Shown: positions 18,689 through 28,692, numbered from the stretch's first letter. The stretch is 64,000 nucleotides of DNA from an uncultured Gemmatimonadales bacterium (GCA_963823035.1 CAWGKG010000010.1:412071-476070), one strand, 5' to 3'. The notes: generated by a model not told the origin, from the letters alone. Numbers and translations are program-made.

Positions 18689-19114
18689 TCACATGCTCCA
18701 GTCGCGGAGGATCCGCTCCACTTCCTCGGCGTGACCGGTCTCGTCGGCGATCATGTCTTCGAGCATGACCGCGAGACCCTTGTCGCCCAGCTCTTCGGCC
18801 TGTTCCGCCCGCTGCGTATAGTCCTTCACGGCCTTGCGCTCCTCGGACAAGACGGCCTTCAGCATGTCGTGATTGCTCGACGCCTCAGGGACCTTCCGGG
18901 CATCGGTCACGGGCTCTCCGCCCAGCGCCACGATCTTCTCGGAGAGGAACTCGGCGTGCTTCCGCTCGTCGGCGACCTCCGCGAGGAAGAACTGGTTGAG
19001 CTGGGGTCGATACGGTCCCGTGGCCTTGGCGGCGTACGTGATGTACTGGGTGATGGCGGCGAGCTCGCCCGCCAGATCTTCGTTGAGCTTCTCGATCAGG
19101 GTGTCTCTGTTCAT
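18689..19114 (-). CDS. Ferritin-like (bacterioferritin-type) protein
   Basis: Diiron pattern E-x6-Y (ELAAITQY), DERKHA, LGGEP, EERKA, DETGHA. Start MNRDTL behind AGAAGGA. Confidence 0.88.
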   Translation of the reverse strand: MNRDTLIEKLNEDLAGELAAITQYITYAAKATGPYRPQLNQFFLAEVADERKHAEFLSEKIVALGGEPVTDARKVPEASSNHDMLKAVLSEERKAVKDYTQRAEQAEELGDKGLAVMLEDMIADETGHAEEVERILRDWSM

Positions 19115-19173
19115 GGTCCTTCTTCGATGCGAGGTGACGGCCCCCGAAGCGGGGGTGTGTACGCCCTGAAAGG

Positions 19174-19189
19174 TGCAATGTCCGTACCA
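19174..19189 (-). promoter_or_regulatory. sigma54 promoter of the ferritin-FNR unit
   Basis: Minus strand TGGTACGGACATTGCA (GG-N10-GC). Confidence 0.75.
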
Positions 19190-19337
19190 GGGGTTTCCCG
19201 GCTGCCGCAGCCGCCCCCTCCGCTGGGCGAGCCACGCCGTCGACGTCCAAGTCCCATGGATGGGCTGAGTTCTACTCCGCTGCATAGCAGCGGAAGCTTC
19301 TGACTCCATCGGCGGAAGGGAGAAGAAACCAACTGAT

Positions 19338-20879
19338 CTAACCGCACTGCTCACCCTGTCCACTGAATCGGGGTAGGCTCCCGAGGTCGACTTCGGGGTG
19401 TATCTCGCCGAAGCTGCGGATGCCCTGGTCCTCGGTGCGGCGGTAGATGCGGTGTCGACCGAGTTGGGAGAGATCGGTGACACCGGCGGCGGCGAGGAGG
19501 TCGAGGAATTCCGAGACGACCGTGCGGTGGTAATTGACGACGCGCTCCGCCTTGTCCTCGACCACGAGGCCGCGGCGGAGGTGGGGATCGAACGTCGTGA
19601 CACCGGTGGGGCAGCGGTTGGTGTGACACTTGAGGGCCTGGATGCAGCCGAGTGCGAGCATCATGCCGCGGGCGGAGTTGCAGAGGTCCGCGCCGAGGCA
19701 CATGGCCCGGAAGACGTCGAAGGCCGTGACGACCTTGGAGGCGCCGATGATTCGGATGTCCTCCTTGAGGCCGTAGCCGCGGAGCAGATCCGAGACGCAA
19801 ACGAGGCCCTCCTCGAAGGGCATGCCGACGTAGTTGGAGAAGTCGATGGGGGCAGCGCCGGTGCCGCCTTCGGCGCCGTCGACGGTGATGAAGTCGGGCG
19901 TGATGCCTTTCTCGACCATCTGCTCGCACGCGGCCTCGAGTTCGCGCCGGTTGCCGACGCAGAGCTTGAAGCCGACAGGCTTGCCGTCAGCCGCTTCGCG
20001 GAGCTGGGCGATGAACTCGACGAGGCCCGCGGGGCCGTCGAAGGCGGAATGGCCCGGAGGCGAGATGACGTCGGTGCCGGGCTCGACGCCCCGGATCTCG
20101 GCGATTTCTGGGCTGTTCTTCGCCGCGGGCAGGACGCCGCCATGGCCCGGCTTGGCGCCTTGCGAGAGCTTGATCTCGATCATCTTCACTTGAGGGCGCC
20201 CGGCCTGCTCCGTGAAGCGGTCGAGCGAGAAGGTGCCGTCCCGGTTGCGACAGCCGAAGTAGCCGGTGCCGACTTCGTAGACGAGGTCACCGCCCTGCAG
20301 ATGGTAGGGCGAGATGCCGCCCTCACCCGTGTCGTGGAAGAATCCGCCCTGCTTGGCGGCGCGGTTGAGCGCGGTGACGGCGTTGCTGCTGAGGGCGCCG
20401 AAGCTCATCGCGGAGATGTTGAAGATGCTGGCGTCGTAGGGCTGCGAACAGTCGGGACCGCCGACGGTGACGCGGGGTGGCGCGGGCAGGCGCTCGGCTG
20501 GGAAGATGGAGTGGTGCATCCACTCGTAGCCGGCCTCGTAGACGTCGAGCTCGGTGCCGAAGGGGTGGTTTTCGTGGGTCTGGGTGGCACGCTGGTAGAC
20601 GTAGTCGCGATGGTTCCGGTCGATGGGACGGCCGTCGGTGTCGGCCTCGACGAAGTACTGATGCAGCTCCGGGCCGATACCCTGCAGCAGATACCGGAAG
20701 TGCCCGATGAAAGGGAAGTTGCGCAGGATCGTGCGCCGGGTCTGGAAGACGTCGTAGAGGCCGATGAGAATAGGCGGGGCGATGAGGACATAGGCCCAGA
20801 GGACCGGTGGCCAGAGCCAGGAGAGGGCGGCGACGAGCGCCACCAGGACCAGACTGCCGACGAGGAATGGGTATTTCAT
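19338..20879 (-). CDS. FMN-binding glutamate synthase family protein with N-terminal TM helices
   Basis: SAMSFGALS, TGEGG, EIKLSQGAKPGHGG, DGAEGGTGAAP and the [3Fe-4S] motif CIQALKCHTNRCPTG. Confidence 0.92.
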   Translation of the reverse strand: MKYPFLVGSLVLVALVAALSWLWPPVLWAYVLIAPPILIGLYDVFQTRRTILRNFPFIGHFRYLLQGIGPELHQYFVEADTDGRPIDRNHRDYVYQRATQTHENHPFGTELDVYEAGYEWMHHSIFPAERLPAPPRVTVGGPDCSQPYDASIFNISAMSFGALSSNAVTALNRAAKQGGFFHDTGEGGISPYHLQGGDLVYEVGTGYFGCRNRDGTFSLDRFTEQAGRPQVKMIEIKLSQGAKPGHGGVLPAAKNSPEIAEIRGVEPGTDVISPPGHSAFDGPAGLVEFIAQLREAADGKPVGFKLCVGNRRELEAACEQMVEKGITPDFITVDGAEGGTGAAPIDFSNYVGMPFEEGLVCVSDLLRGYGLKEDIRIIGASKVVTAFDVFRAMCLGADLCNSARGMMLALGCIQALKCHTNRCPTGVTTFDPHLRRGLVVEDKAERVVNYHRTVVSEFLDLLAAAGVTDLSQLGRHRIYRRTEDQGIRSFGEIHPEVDLGSLPRFSGQGEQCG

Positions 20880-22567
20880 GAATCGTCACCTCGGATGTCC
20901 TGGAGCCATTCCTTCACCCGGGCCCTGGCGAATCCCCACGCCTGGTCCATTTCGATGCGGGGGGGCATCGTCAGCTCGCTGGTCGCGACCCTGACGTCGA
21001 GGATCGCGGGACCCTCTTCGGCGAGCGTCTCCTCGATGGCCTCGCGCAGACGAGTCGGCTCTGAAACGCTCCGTCCGGCGGCCCCGAAGCTTCTCGCGAG
21101 GAGCGTGTAGTCCGGGTTGAGCAATCCGGTCTCGTGCTCGGGATAGCCTTCGGCCTCCTGTTCCATCTGGATGAGGCCGAGGCGCTCGTTGTTGAAGATG
21201 ACGGCCTTGAGCGGCAACTCGTACTTCACCGCGGTGAGGAAGTCGCCCATGAGCATGTTGAAGCCGCCGTCGCCGCACAGAGCGATGACCTGACGATCGG
21301 GAAACCGGAGCTGGGCGCCGAGCCCCGCGGGCATGGCGAAGGCCATGGAGGCCAGGTTGAAGGACAGGATGAACCGCTGCCCCCGCTTCAGGCGAAGATG
21401 CCGGGCACCCCACACGGTGACGGCCCCGGTGTCGCAGGTGAAGATGGCTTCCTCGCGAGCGCAGTCGCCCAGCAACGCGGCTACGGCCTGGGGATGGATG
21501 ACGTCGTTGCTGCGGGTGACGTCGGCGCGGCGCGCCATGACGGTGTCGTCTGCGGCCTTTGCTTTTTGCACGGCCCTCAGGTGCGCGTCGTCCTCCTTGG
21601 CCGCGACACGTTCGTTCAGCATGGGGATGACGTAGGCGCAGTCGCCGACGACACCGAGCTCGTTGGACGTTCGGCGGCCGATGGCCCGTCCCTCGATGTC
21701 CACACGGATGACCGGGACGTCCTCGGGGTACCAGGCGCGGTAGGGGAAGTCGGACCCGAGGACGAGGAGGAGGTCACAGTCCTCCGCGGCCCGGATGCCC
21801 CCACGGGTGCCGAGAAGTCCGAGCCCTCCGGCGACCATCGGATCGTCGTGCGGCATCAGGTCTTTGCCCTTGAGAGAGTAGATCATGGGCGCCTGAAGAC
21901 GTCGGGCGAGGTCACACATCTGGTCGGGGGCCCGCCGGCATCCCTCACCGTAGAGGATGGTGACCTTCTTCGCCGCGTCGATCCATTGCATGGCGCGATC
22001 CAGGTCGGCCTCGGGGGGCAGCGTGCGGGTCTCGACAGGACCAGGCAGAACACGAAAAGGCACGTCGTCGACATCCTGGGTGCCGATGTCGTGGGGGATG
22101 GTGAGCACCGCCACGCCGCGTCCATAGAGGGCTGCATGACAAGCCTCGACGGCCATGCGCGGCATCTGGTCCGGGTTGGCGACCGTGGCGCGGTAGACGG
22201 CGACGTCGCTGAACAGGCGCTGGAGGTCGACTTCCTGGTGGTAGTTGAATCCGATCTCGACGGACGGAACCTGGCCGGTGAGCGCGAGGACGGGCGCATG
22301 GTCCCTCGCGGCATCGTAGAGACCGTTCAGGAGGTGAATGGCGCCGGGGCCGACGGTACCCGCGCAGACGGCGAGTCGTCCGGTGAGCTTGGCCTGGGCG
22401 CTCGCGGCGAGGGCGCCGGCCTCCTCGTGTACGACGTGGATGAACCGGATGCGGTCCTGCTTGCGCAGCGCCTCGATGAGCGGGTTGATGGCGTCACCGG
22501 GCACGCCGAAGATCTCACGGACCCCGGCCTGGTCGAGCGCGTCGAGCATCTGTTGGTAGAGTTTCAT
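20876..22567 (-). CDS. TPP-dependent pyruvate oxidase / pyruvate:quinone oxidoreductase (PoxB family)
   Basis: FGVPGDAIN, HEEAGA, GPGAIHLLNGLYDA, GDGGFNMLMGD, FNN. Start MKLYQQ. Confidence 0.9.
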   Translation of the reverse strand: MKLYQQMLDALDQAGVREIFGVPGDAINPLIEALRKQDRIRFIHVVHEEAGALAASAQAKLTGRLAVCAGTVGPGAIHLLNGLYDAARDHAPVLALTGQVPSVEIGFNYHQEVDLQRLFSDVAVYRATVANPDQMPRMAVEACHAALYGRGVAVLTIPHDIGTQDVDDVPFRVLPGPVETRTLPPEADLDRAMQWIDAAKKVTILYGEGCRRAPDQMCDLARRLQAPMIYSLKGKDLMPHDDPMVAGGLGLLGTRGGIRAAEDCDLLLVLGSDFPYRAWYPEDVPVIRVDIEGRAIGRRTSNELGVVGDCAYVIPMLNERVAAKEDDAHLRAVQKAKAADDTVMARRADVTRSNDVIHPQAVAALLGDCAREEAIFTCDTGAVTVWGARHLRLKRGQRFILSFNLASMAFAMPAGLGAQLRFPDRQVIALCGDGGFNMLMGDFLTAVKYELPLKAVIFNNERLGLIQMEQEAEGYPEHETGLLNPDYTLLARSFGAAGRSVSEPTRLREAIEETLAEEGPAILDVRVATSELTMPPRIEMDQAWGFARARVKEWLQDIRGDDS

Positions 22568-22689
22568 GGAGAATCGTTGGGAGGGAAGAGGGAGGGTGGT
22601 GATCCTACCATGGGTGGTTTCCGGAAAGGGGCGGGAGCGCCACATCCTCGAGGTCGGCTGTCGCCTCGGCCTCGCGGCTCGATGTGCCG

Positions 22690-24621
22690 TCACACATCGA
22701 TATGCGCCCCGATCTCCACCACCCGGTCCCGAGGCAAACCGAAATAGCGGGCCGAGCGGGCCTCATTGCGCGCCATGAATGCGAAGACACGGGCCCGCCA
22801 CGTCGTCATGGCCGTATCGCCGTCAGGCAGAAGCACATCTCCCCCCAGGATGTACGTGACGCGGTCCAGATCGAGCCCCAGGTCGAACGCTCGGTCTGCC
22901 CGGCCGAGGTCCTCGGGAACGTCCGGCGTCTCCATGAACCCGTAGTGCGCGACCACCCGCGCGATGTCATCTCGGAGGCGGTCCACCGAGAAGCGATCCT
23001 CGTCGCTGACGTAGGGTGCCTTCACCATGCTCGCGGTGAAGATGACGACCCGATGATGCAACGCATGGTTGTTCCTGAGGTTGTGTCGCATTGAATAGGG
23101 AATGCCCCGGGCGTTGCCCGTGAGATAGACCACCTGTCCCGGAACGCGTCGATACGTTCCACCCCCGCCGATCTCGCTGAGGAAGTCGGGTATGCTCTGA
23201 AGGCGACTGTGGCTCTTCCGCCTTCGGATGAGGGTGCCCTTACGCCACGTGGTCATGACCAGGAACACCGCTCCCGCTACAACCATCGGAAGCCAGCCGC
23301 CGTCAGCGAACTTCCGGATGTTCGCCAGGAAGAACGCGGTGTCGCCGATGAGAAATGCCGCCGTCAAAGGGATGGCGACCCACAGAGACCACCCGAGCGA
23401 CTTCCGCATGGCGAAGAAGAAGAGCACGGACGTGACCACCATGGTGGTGGCGATGGCGACGCCATAGGCAGCGGCCAGGTTGCCGGAGCGCCGGAAGCCC
23501 AGCACCAGGCCCACCGTGGCGACCAGGAGAACCCAATTCGCCGAGGGCACGTAGATCCGTCCCCGACGGGCGGCAGACGTGTGGCGCACCTTGAGGAAGG
23601 GGAGGTACCCCAGCTTCATGCCCTGCCAGGTCAGCGAGAACACGCCGGAGATGATGGCCTGGGACGCGATGGTGGTTGCGGCCGCTGCGAGGACGACCAT
23701 GGGGTACAGGGCCCATCCTGCCACCATCTGGTAGAACGGGTTCGAGATCCGCCCGGGGTTGCTCAGGATCACGGATCCCTGCCCGAAGTAGTTCAGCAAC
23801 AACCCTGGAAACGCGACGCTGAACCAGGCCATGCGGATGGGCCCCTTGCCGAAGTGCCCCATGTCGGCGTACAGGGCCTCACCTCCGGTGACCACCAGGA
23901 ACACGACACCCAGGATCGTGAGCCCGGCAATACCGTGGCGGGCCAGGAAGGCCAGCCCATGGCGGGGGTCTACAGCGGTGAGGATGAAGGGTTGTTTCAC
24001 CACGGCCATCAATCCGCTGACGGCGAGCACGGTGAACCAGAGGAGCATGATGGGCCCGAAGATCCTGCCGACCCCTCCGGTTCCCATCCGTTGCAGGACG
24101 AAGAGGACAACGAGGATCCCGATTGTGAGGGGCACCACGTAGGGAATGAACGCCGGCGTGGCGACCTCGAGGCCTTCCATGGCGCTGAGCACGGAGATGG
24201 CCGGCGTGATCATGCCGTCCCCGTAGAGCAAGGCCGCGCCGAACAGCCCGATGCCGAGCGCCCAGCGCCGAAGGCGGCCGCTGGACCGTTTTCGCACCAG
24301 TTCCATAAGCGCCAGGATCCCTCCCTCCCCTTCGTTGTCCGCTCGGAGCACGAAGAAGAGGTACTTGATGGAGATCACCAGGATGAGCGACCACGTGATG
24401 AGGGAGAGCACGCCCAGCACGTTGCCCCGGGAGGCTTCCATACCGTAAGGACCGAAAAAGCACTCGCGCATGGCGTACAGAGGGCTGGTGCCGATGTCTC
24501 CGAAGACCACGCCCAGGGCGCCCATCGAGAGGAGTGCCCGACGTCGCCAGACGCCGTTTTGCTCCATCGGCGAGGCAGCCATGCCTCTCTCCGAGGTGTC
24601 GTCAACGCGCGCTTCCGCCAC
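22690..24621 (-). CDS. kup: KUP/HAK/KT potassium transporter
   Basis: LGVVFGDIGTSPLYA, ADNEGEGGILAL, YGDGMITPAISVLSA, TGGEALYADMGHFG. Confidence 0.96.
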   Translation of the reverse strand: MAEARVDDTSERGMAASPMEQNGVWRRRALLSMGALGVVFGDIGTSPLYAMRECFFGPYGMEASRGNVLGVLSLITWSLILVISIKYLFFVLRADNEGEGGILALMELVRKRSSGRLRRWALGIGLFGAALLYGDGMITPAISVLSAMEGLEVATPAFIPYVVPLTIGILVVLFVLQRMGTGGVGRIFGPIMLLWFTVLAVSGLMAVVKQPFILTAVDPRHGLAFLARHGIAGLTILGVVFLVVTGGEALYADMGHFGKGPIRMAWFSVAFPGLLLNYFGQGSVILSNPGRISNPFYQMVAGWALYPMVVLAAAATTIASQAIISGVFSLTWQGMKLGYLPFLKVRHTSAARRGRIYVPSANWVLLVATVGLVLGFRRSGNLAAAYGVAIATTMVVTSVLFFFAMRKSLGWSLWVAIPLTAAFLIGDTAFFLANIRKFADGGWLPMVVAGAVFLVMTTWRKGTLIRRRKSHSRLQSIPDFLSEIGGGGTYRRVPGQVVYLTGNARGIPYSMRHNLRNNHALHHRVVIFTASMVKAPYVSDEDRFSVDRLRDDIARVVAHYGFMETPDVPEDLGRADRAFDLGLDLDRVTYILGGDVLLPDGDTAMTTWRARVFAFMARNEARSARYFGLPRDRVVEIGAHIDV

Positions 24622-24834
24622 GGTTCATCCGCATTCGAGGGACAGGGATCCCCCGACATCACGGAAGTTTCGTGCCGCGGACCCTCGGTTCGCCTGCCCC
24701 GGTGTTTCCTCGCTCCCGGCCGCAACCTCAACGGCCAACGGCACACGCCAGATGGAGGCATCCGCGGCTCGTGGCCTGAGCGTTTCATTTCCCCCCAGAG
24801 TGAAATCCGGGGCCGGTCCTCAGGACGACAGCGG

Positions 24835-24935
24835 GCCTTCAACCTACCGCCGCATGGACGTCCAGCAGGCGATCAACCTGCACGTCCATCGGCGCTTCGA
24901 GGACGAGCAGATCGACGTCGCGACGCTCGTCCTGG
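24835..24935 (+). pseudogene. Vestige of the C-terminus of an MscS-family mechanosensitive channel
   Basis: MDVQQAINLHVHRRFEDEQIDVA with coding-like GC3, matching the recalled MscS tail MDxQQxINLxIxRRFxxExIxFA. Confidence 0.5.
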
Positions 24936-25039
24936 AAGCCGGAGTGTCCCACGCGCCGAGCGCATTGGAGGTGTCCTCACCCTGGGCGCACACCGGGCTC
25001 CCGATCTCCCCGGGCGGATCTGCGGAGCGGATGCGATCC

Positions 25040-25055
25040 AGGCACAGTGTTTGCG
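25040..25055 (+). promoter_or_regulatory. sigma54 promoter of the ACIII-caa3 operon
   Basis: AGGCACAGTGTTTGCG (GG-N10-GC). Confidence 0.72.
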
Positions 25056-25081
25056 TGGCGAAGACCAGCGTTCGTCGGGAC

Positions 25082-25783
25082 ATGCCCGCGGGGACACGCC
25101 CGCAGGCCTCTTGCGCTCCCTCCCGACCCTATCCGCCAACAGGAGGATCGGCCACGCTTTTTCGTCCCGGCGCCAACCGCGTGTTCCGCGGCGTCCTCAT
25201 CACGCTCGTCCTGCTCGCAGTGGCGACCCCACTCGCCCTCATGGCTTGGGTGCGAACGCCCGCGCAGACCGGCGTATCGCGGTCGGTGGAGCAGCCGATC
25301 CCCTTCGACCACCGGCACCACGTCCGGGACGATGGCATCGACTGCCGCTACTGCCACTGGACCGCAGAGCGTTCTCCCTCCGCCGGCCTGCCGGCATCCA
25401 GCCTGTGCATGAATTGCCATGCGCAGGTGCTCGTCGACAGTCCGCTCCTGGAGCCTGTACGCACCAGCGTAGCGGAACGGCGGCCGATCCCCTGGATGCG
25501 CGTCCACCGCCTCCCCGACTTCGTCTACTTCGACCACAGCGCCCACGTCGATCACGGGGTCGGCTGTGAGACGTGTCACGGCCGCGTGGACCTGATGCCG
25601 CAGGTACGTCAGGTGAAGCCGCTGAGCATGGGGTGGTGCCTCGAGTGCCACCGCAACCCGTCGCCCCTTCTGCGTCCCCTCGATCAGGTCACCACCATGG
25701 GATATCGGGCCTCGGCGCCCGACTCGGCCCGCTCCCCGTACCTGCGTGCCGCGCCCACCAACTGCACCACGTGCCACCGATGA
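25082..25783 (+). CDS. actA: Alternative complex III pentaheme cytochrome c subunit (start ambiguous: ATG 25082 or ACG 25154)
   Basis: One TM helix, QPIPFDHRHH, and five CxxCH motifs (CRYCH, CMNCH, CETCH, CLECH, CTTCH). Confidence 0.9.
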   Translation: MPAGTRPQASCAPSRPYPPTGGSATLFRPGANRVFRGVLITLVLLAVATPLALMAWVRTPAQTGVSRSVEQPIPFDHRHHVRDDGIDCRYCHWTAERSPSAGLPASSLCMNCHAQVLVDSPLLEPVRTSVAERRPIPWMRVHRLPDFVYFDHSAHVDHGVGCETCHGRVDLMPQVRQVKPLSMGWCLECHRNPSPLLRPLDQVTTMGYRASAPDSARSPYLRAAPTNCTTCHR

Positions 25784-28692
25784 CGACCCAGCCCCCACGA
25801 CCCGGCCGTGGACGGGCGCTACCCATCCTCGACGGTGGGATCAGCCGGCGCTTCTTCGTGAAGACGCTCGGCGCTGCCGTGGCGGCGGCCGGTCTCGACG
25901 GATGCTGGCAGCCTCCGGAGGAGCGGATCATGCCGTATGCGGTCCAGCCTCCCGAGGTCGTGCCCGGCAATCCGCTCTCGTACGCCACGGCGTCCCTGGT
26001 CGACGGCTACGCCACGGGCCTGCTCGTGCAGACGCGCGAAGGCCGGCCCATCAAGATCGAGGGCAACCCGTCGCACCCCGCGAGCCTGGGTGCCACCGGT
26101 GTCTTCGAGCAGGCGCTGTTGATGGAGCTCTACGACGCTGACCGTCTGGGGGGGATCACGGGACCGACGGGCCCCACCACCTTCAACGCGGCGCTCGGGC
26201 GCGTCCTGCCCGAAGGGGACGGCCACGGGCTGGCCCTCCTGCTCGAGCCGACGTCGTCTCCCCTCCGCGCCCGGCTTCTGCAGCGGGTCGAGGCGCGGTG
26301 GCCGGGCGCGCGGGTCCGCTTCCACACCGCCATCAGCCCCTCCCCGAGCTTGCGCGCCTTCCAGCGTGCGGTCGGCCGCCCGCTGGTGGCTCGGTACGAC
26401 CTGTCCCGCGCGCGCACGGTCGTTTCCATGGACGCGGATTTCGCCTCCTCGGTCATGCCTGGGCACCTGGTCCTCGCACGGGGCTTCGCCTCCCGCCGAG
26501 CCCCGGACCCACCCGGGCGCGGAAGCATGTCCCGGCTGTACGTCGCCGAGCCGACGCCCTCGATGGTCACACCCGTGGCCGATCACGTGCTACCCGTCCG
26601 AGCGGGGGACGTCGTCCACCTGCTCAGGGCGCTCGTGTGGGCGCTGGGTGGAGAGGCGCCGCAACCCGATCCTCCGCCGGCCCGCCTGGACGCGGCGCGC
26701 GTCCGGGCTTGGGTCGACGCGGCCGCGGCCGATCTCCTGCGGAGCGGGAGCGAGGGGCTGGTGATGGTGGGCGAGAGCCAGCCACCTGCGGCGCACCTGT
26801 TGGCCTACCAGGCAAATCGCCGCATCGGAGCGCTGGGGACCACGGTCGTCCTGCAGGCGCCCGCACTGGAGCGAGCCGACGAGATCGAGGGAGGACTCGC
26901 GCGGCTGACCGCGGAGATCAAGTCCGGTGAGGTGGACCGCATGCTCGTCCTGGGGGGCGACCCGGTCTACACGGCGCCGTCCGACGTTGCGTTCGGGGAC
27001 GCCCTCGCCGGCCTCGACCGGACCCTCTACCTGGGCTTGAGGGAGAACGCCACCGCTCGCCGGACCGCGTTCCAGGTGCCCGAGCGACACCTCTTCGAAA
27101 GCTGGGGAGACGCCCGGGCGTACGACGGAACCCTCACACCGATCCAGCCCCTGGTGCGTCCCCTGCTCGACGGCGCGCACAGCGTCGATGGCCTGCTCCT
27201 GCGGCTTCTCGGGGAGGAGGCCCCGTCGGTGCACACCGCCTTGCGCACGCACTGGCGGGCGAAGGGTCTCGGGCCTTCGTCGTTCGACGAGGCATGGGAC
27301 CAGTGGTGGGAGGCGGTCCTGAGCGCCGGCTTCGTGAAGGGGACCGCTTACCAGGCCGTCCCGCCGCCGGAGATCGATCCCCGGGCGCTCAACCACGTCG
27401 ACGCGTCGCCGCCCGGAGCCGTCGAGATCGCCTTCCGTCCGGATCCGTGCCTCTGGGACGGCCGCTTCGCATCCAATCCGTGGTTGCAGGAGCTCCCGGA
27501 CCCGACCACCAAGCTTTCCTGGTGCAACGGGGCTCTGGTCTCCCCGGCGCTGGCCTCGGCCCTGGGCGTCGGACTCGGTGACCCGCTGGAGGTCCGGGTC
27601 GGGGACGTGATGGTGGAGGCGCCGGCGATTCCCGTTCCCGGGCACGTCGACGGCGCGGTCACGCTCACCCTCGGACACGGTCAGGAGCCGGCGCCCACCC
27701 GCTACGAAGCGCTGGGCGTGAACGCCTACCGGCTCCGTCGGTCGACAGCGCCCTGGTTCGCGCCGGGCACGGTCGCATCGGCTGGGGGCGAACGGTGGGA
27801 CCTTCCGCTGGCCCAGGAGGAGCAGCGGATGCACGACCGTCCCATCGTGCTCCGGCAGACGGAGGAGGGCTACAGCGGGGACCCGGACTTCACCCGGGAC
27901 CAACGCGGGGAGCAGCCCACCTGGTACGGCGAGCAGGATCTGCCCGTGGCGAAGAACCAATGGGGGATGAGCATCGACCTCTCCATCTGCACGGGGTGCA
28001 GCGCGTGCATGGTCGCCTGCCGAGCGGAGAACAACGTTCCCATCGTCGGCCCGGAGGGCGTCCGCAAGGGCAGGATCATGGACTGGATCCGCCTGGACGC
28101 CTACACCACCGGTCCGTTGGAAGCGCCCGACGAGCACCTGCGTCAACCGATGCTCTGCCAGCACTGCGAGGACGCGCCGTGCGAGTACGTCTGCCCGGTC
28201 TACGCCACGGTGCACTCCGACGACGGTCTCAACGAGATGGTCTACAACCGCTGCGTCGGGACGCGCTTCTGCTCGAACAACTGCCCCTACAAGGTGCGGC
28301 GCTTCAACTGGCTGGCCTACAACGAGCGTCGCCGACCCCGCGAGGAGCTCGTGCTGAATCCCGACGTGACCGTGCGCGACCGGGGCGTCATGGAGAAGTG
28401 CTCCTACTGCGTCCAGCGCATCCGGCGCGCCGGCATCCAGGCCCGGAACGAGGGTCGGGACATCGCGCCCAACGAAGTCGTGACCGCGTGTCAGCAGGCC
28501 TGCCCGACGCGCGCCATCGTCTTTGGAGACATCGCCGCCCCGGACAGCGACGTGTCGAAGCTGCGGAGCAGTCCCCGGCGTTACGACGTCCTGCACGAAC
28601 TCGGGACCCGGCCGCGCACACAGTACCTCGCCCACATCCGGAACCCCAACCCCGATCTCGCCGGCGCGTCCGCCGAGGAGGGTGACGCGTGA
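25780..28692 (+). CDS. actB: ACIII subunit B (Tat-exported molybdopterin-oxidoreductase-like plus Fe-S domain)
   Basis: Tat motif SRRFFVK, GRPIKIEGNPSHP, CTGCSACMVAC, CQHCEDAPCEYVCP, RCVGTRFCSNNCPY, EKCSYC, ACQQACP. Confidence 0.94.
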   Translation: MTTQPPRPGRGRALPILDGGISRRFFVKTLGAAVAAAGLDGCWQPPEERIMPYAVQPPEVVPGNPLSYATASLVDGYATGLLVQTREGRPIKIEGNPSHPASLGATGVFEQALLMELYDADRLGGITGPTGPTTFNAALGRVLPEGDGHGLALLLEPTSSPLRARLLQRVEARWPGARVRFHTAISPSPSLRAFQRAVGRPLVARYDLSRARTVVSMDADFASSVMPGHLVLARGFASRRAPDPPGRGSMSRLYVAEPTPSMVTPVADHVLPVRAGDVVHLLRALVWALGGEAPQPDPPPARLDAARVRAWVDAAAADLLRSGSEGLVMVGESQPPAAHLLAYQANRRIGALGTTVVLQAPALERADEIEGGLARLTAEIKSGEVDRMLVLGGDPVYTAPSDVAFGDALAGLDRTLYLGLRENATARRTAFQVPERHLFESWGDARAYDGTLTPIQPLVRPLLDGAHSVDGLLLRLLGEEAPSVHTALRTHWRAKGLGPSSFDEAWDQWWEAVLSAGFVKGTAYQAVPPPEIDPRALNHVDASPPGAVEIAFRPDPCLWDGRFASNPWLQELPDPTTKLSWCNGALVSPALASALGVGLGDPLEVRVGDVMVEAPAIPVPGHVDGAVTLTLGHGQEPAPTRYEALGVNAYRLRRSTAPWFAPGTVASAGGERWDLPLAQEEQRMHDRPIVLRQTEEGYSGDPDFTRDQRGEQPTWYGEQDLPVAKNQWGMSIDLSICTGCSACMVACRAENNVPIVGPEGVRKGRIMDWIRLDAYTTGPLEAPDEHLRQPMLCQHCEDAPCEYVCPVYATVHSDDGLNEMVYNRCVGTRFCSNNCPYKVRRFNWLAYNERRRPREELVLNPDVTVRDRGVMEKCSYCVQRIRRAGIQARNEGRDIAPNEVVTACQQACPTRAIVFGDIAAPDSDVSKLRSSPRRYDVLHELGTRPRTQYLAHIRNPNPDLAGASAEEGDA

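Noticed and set aside
22630..22680. HILEVGCRLGLAA resembling methyltransferase motif I in the kup-poxB spacer
   Set aside because: Too short and on the strand opposite the operon; could be chance.
24470..25081. Long N-terminal extension of ActA (437-aa ORF)
   Set aside because: It overlaps kup antisense, contains the MscS vestige and starts upstream of the sigma54 box.
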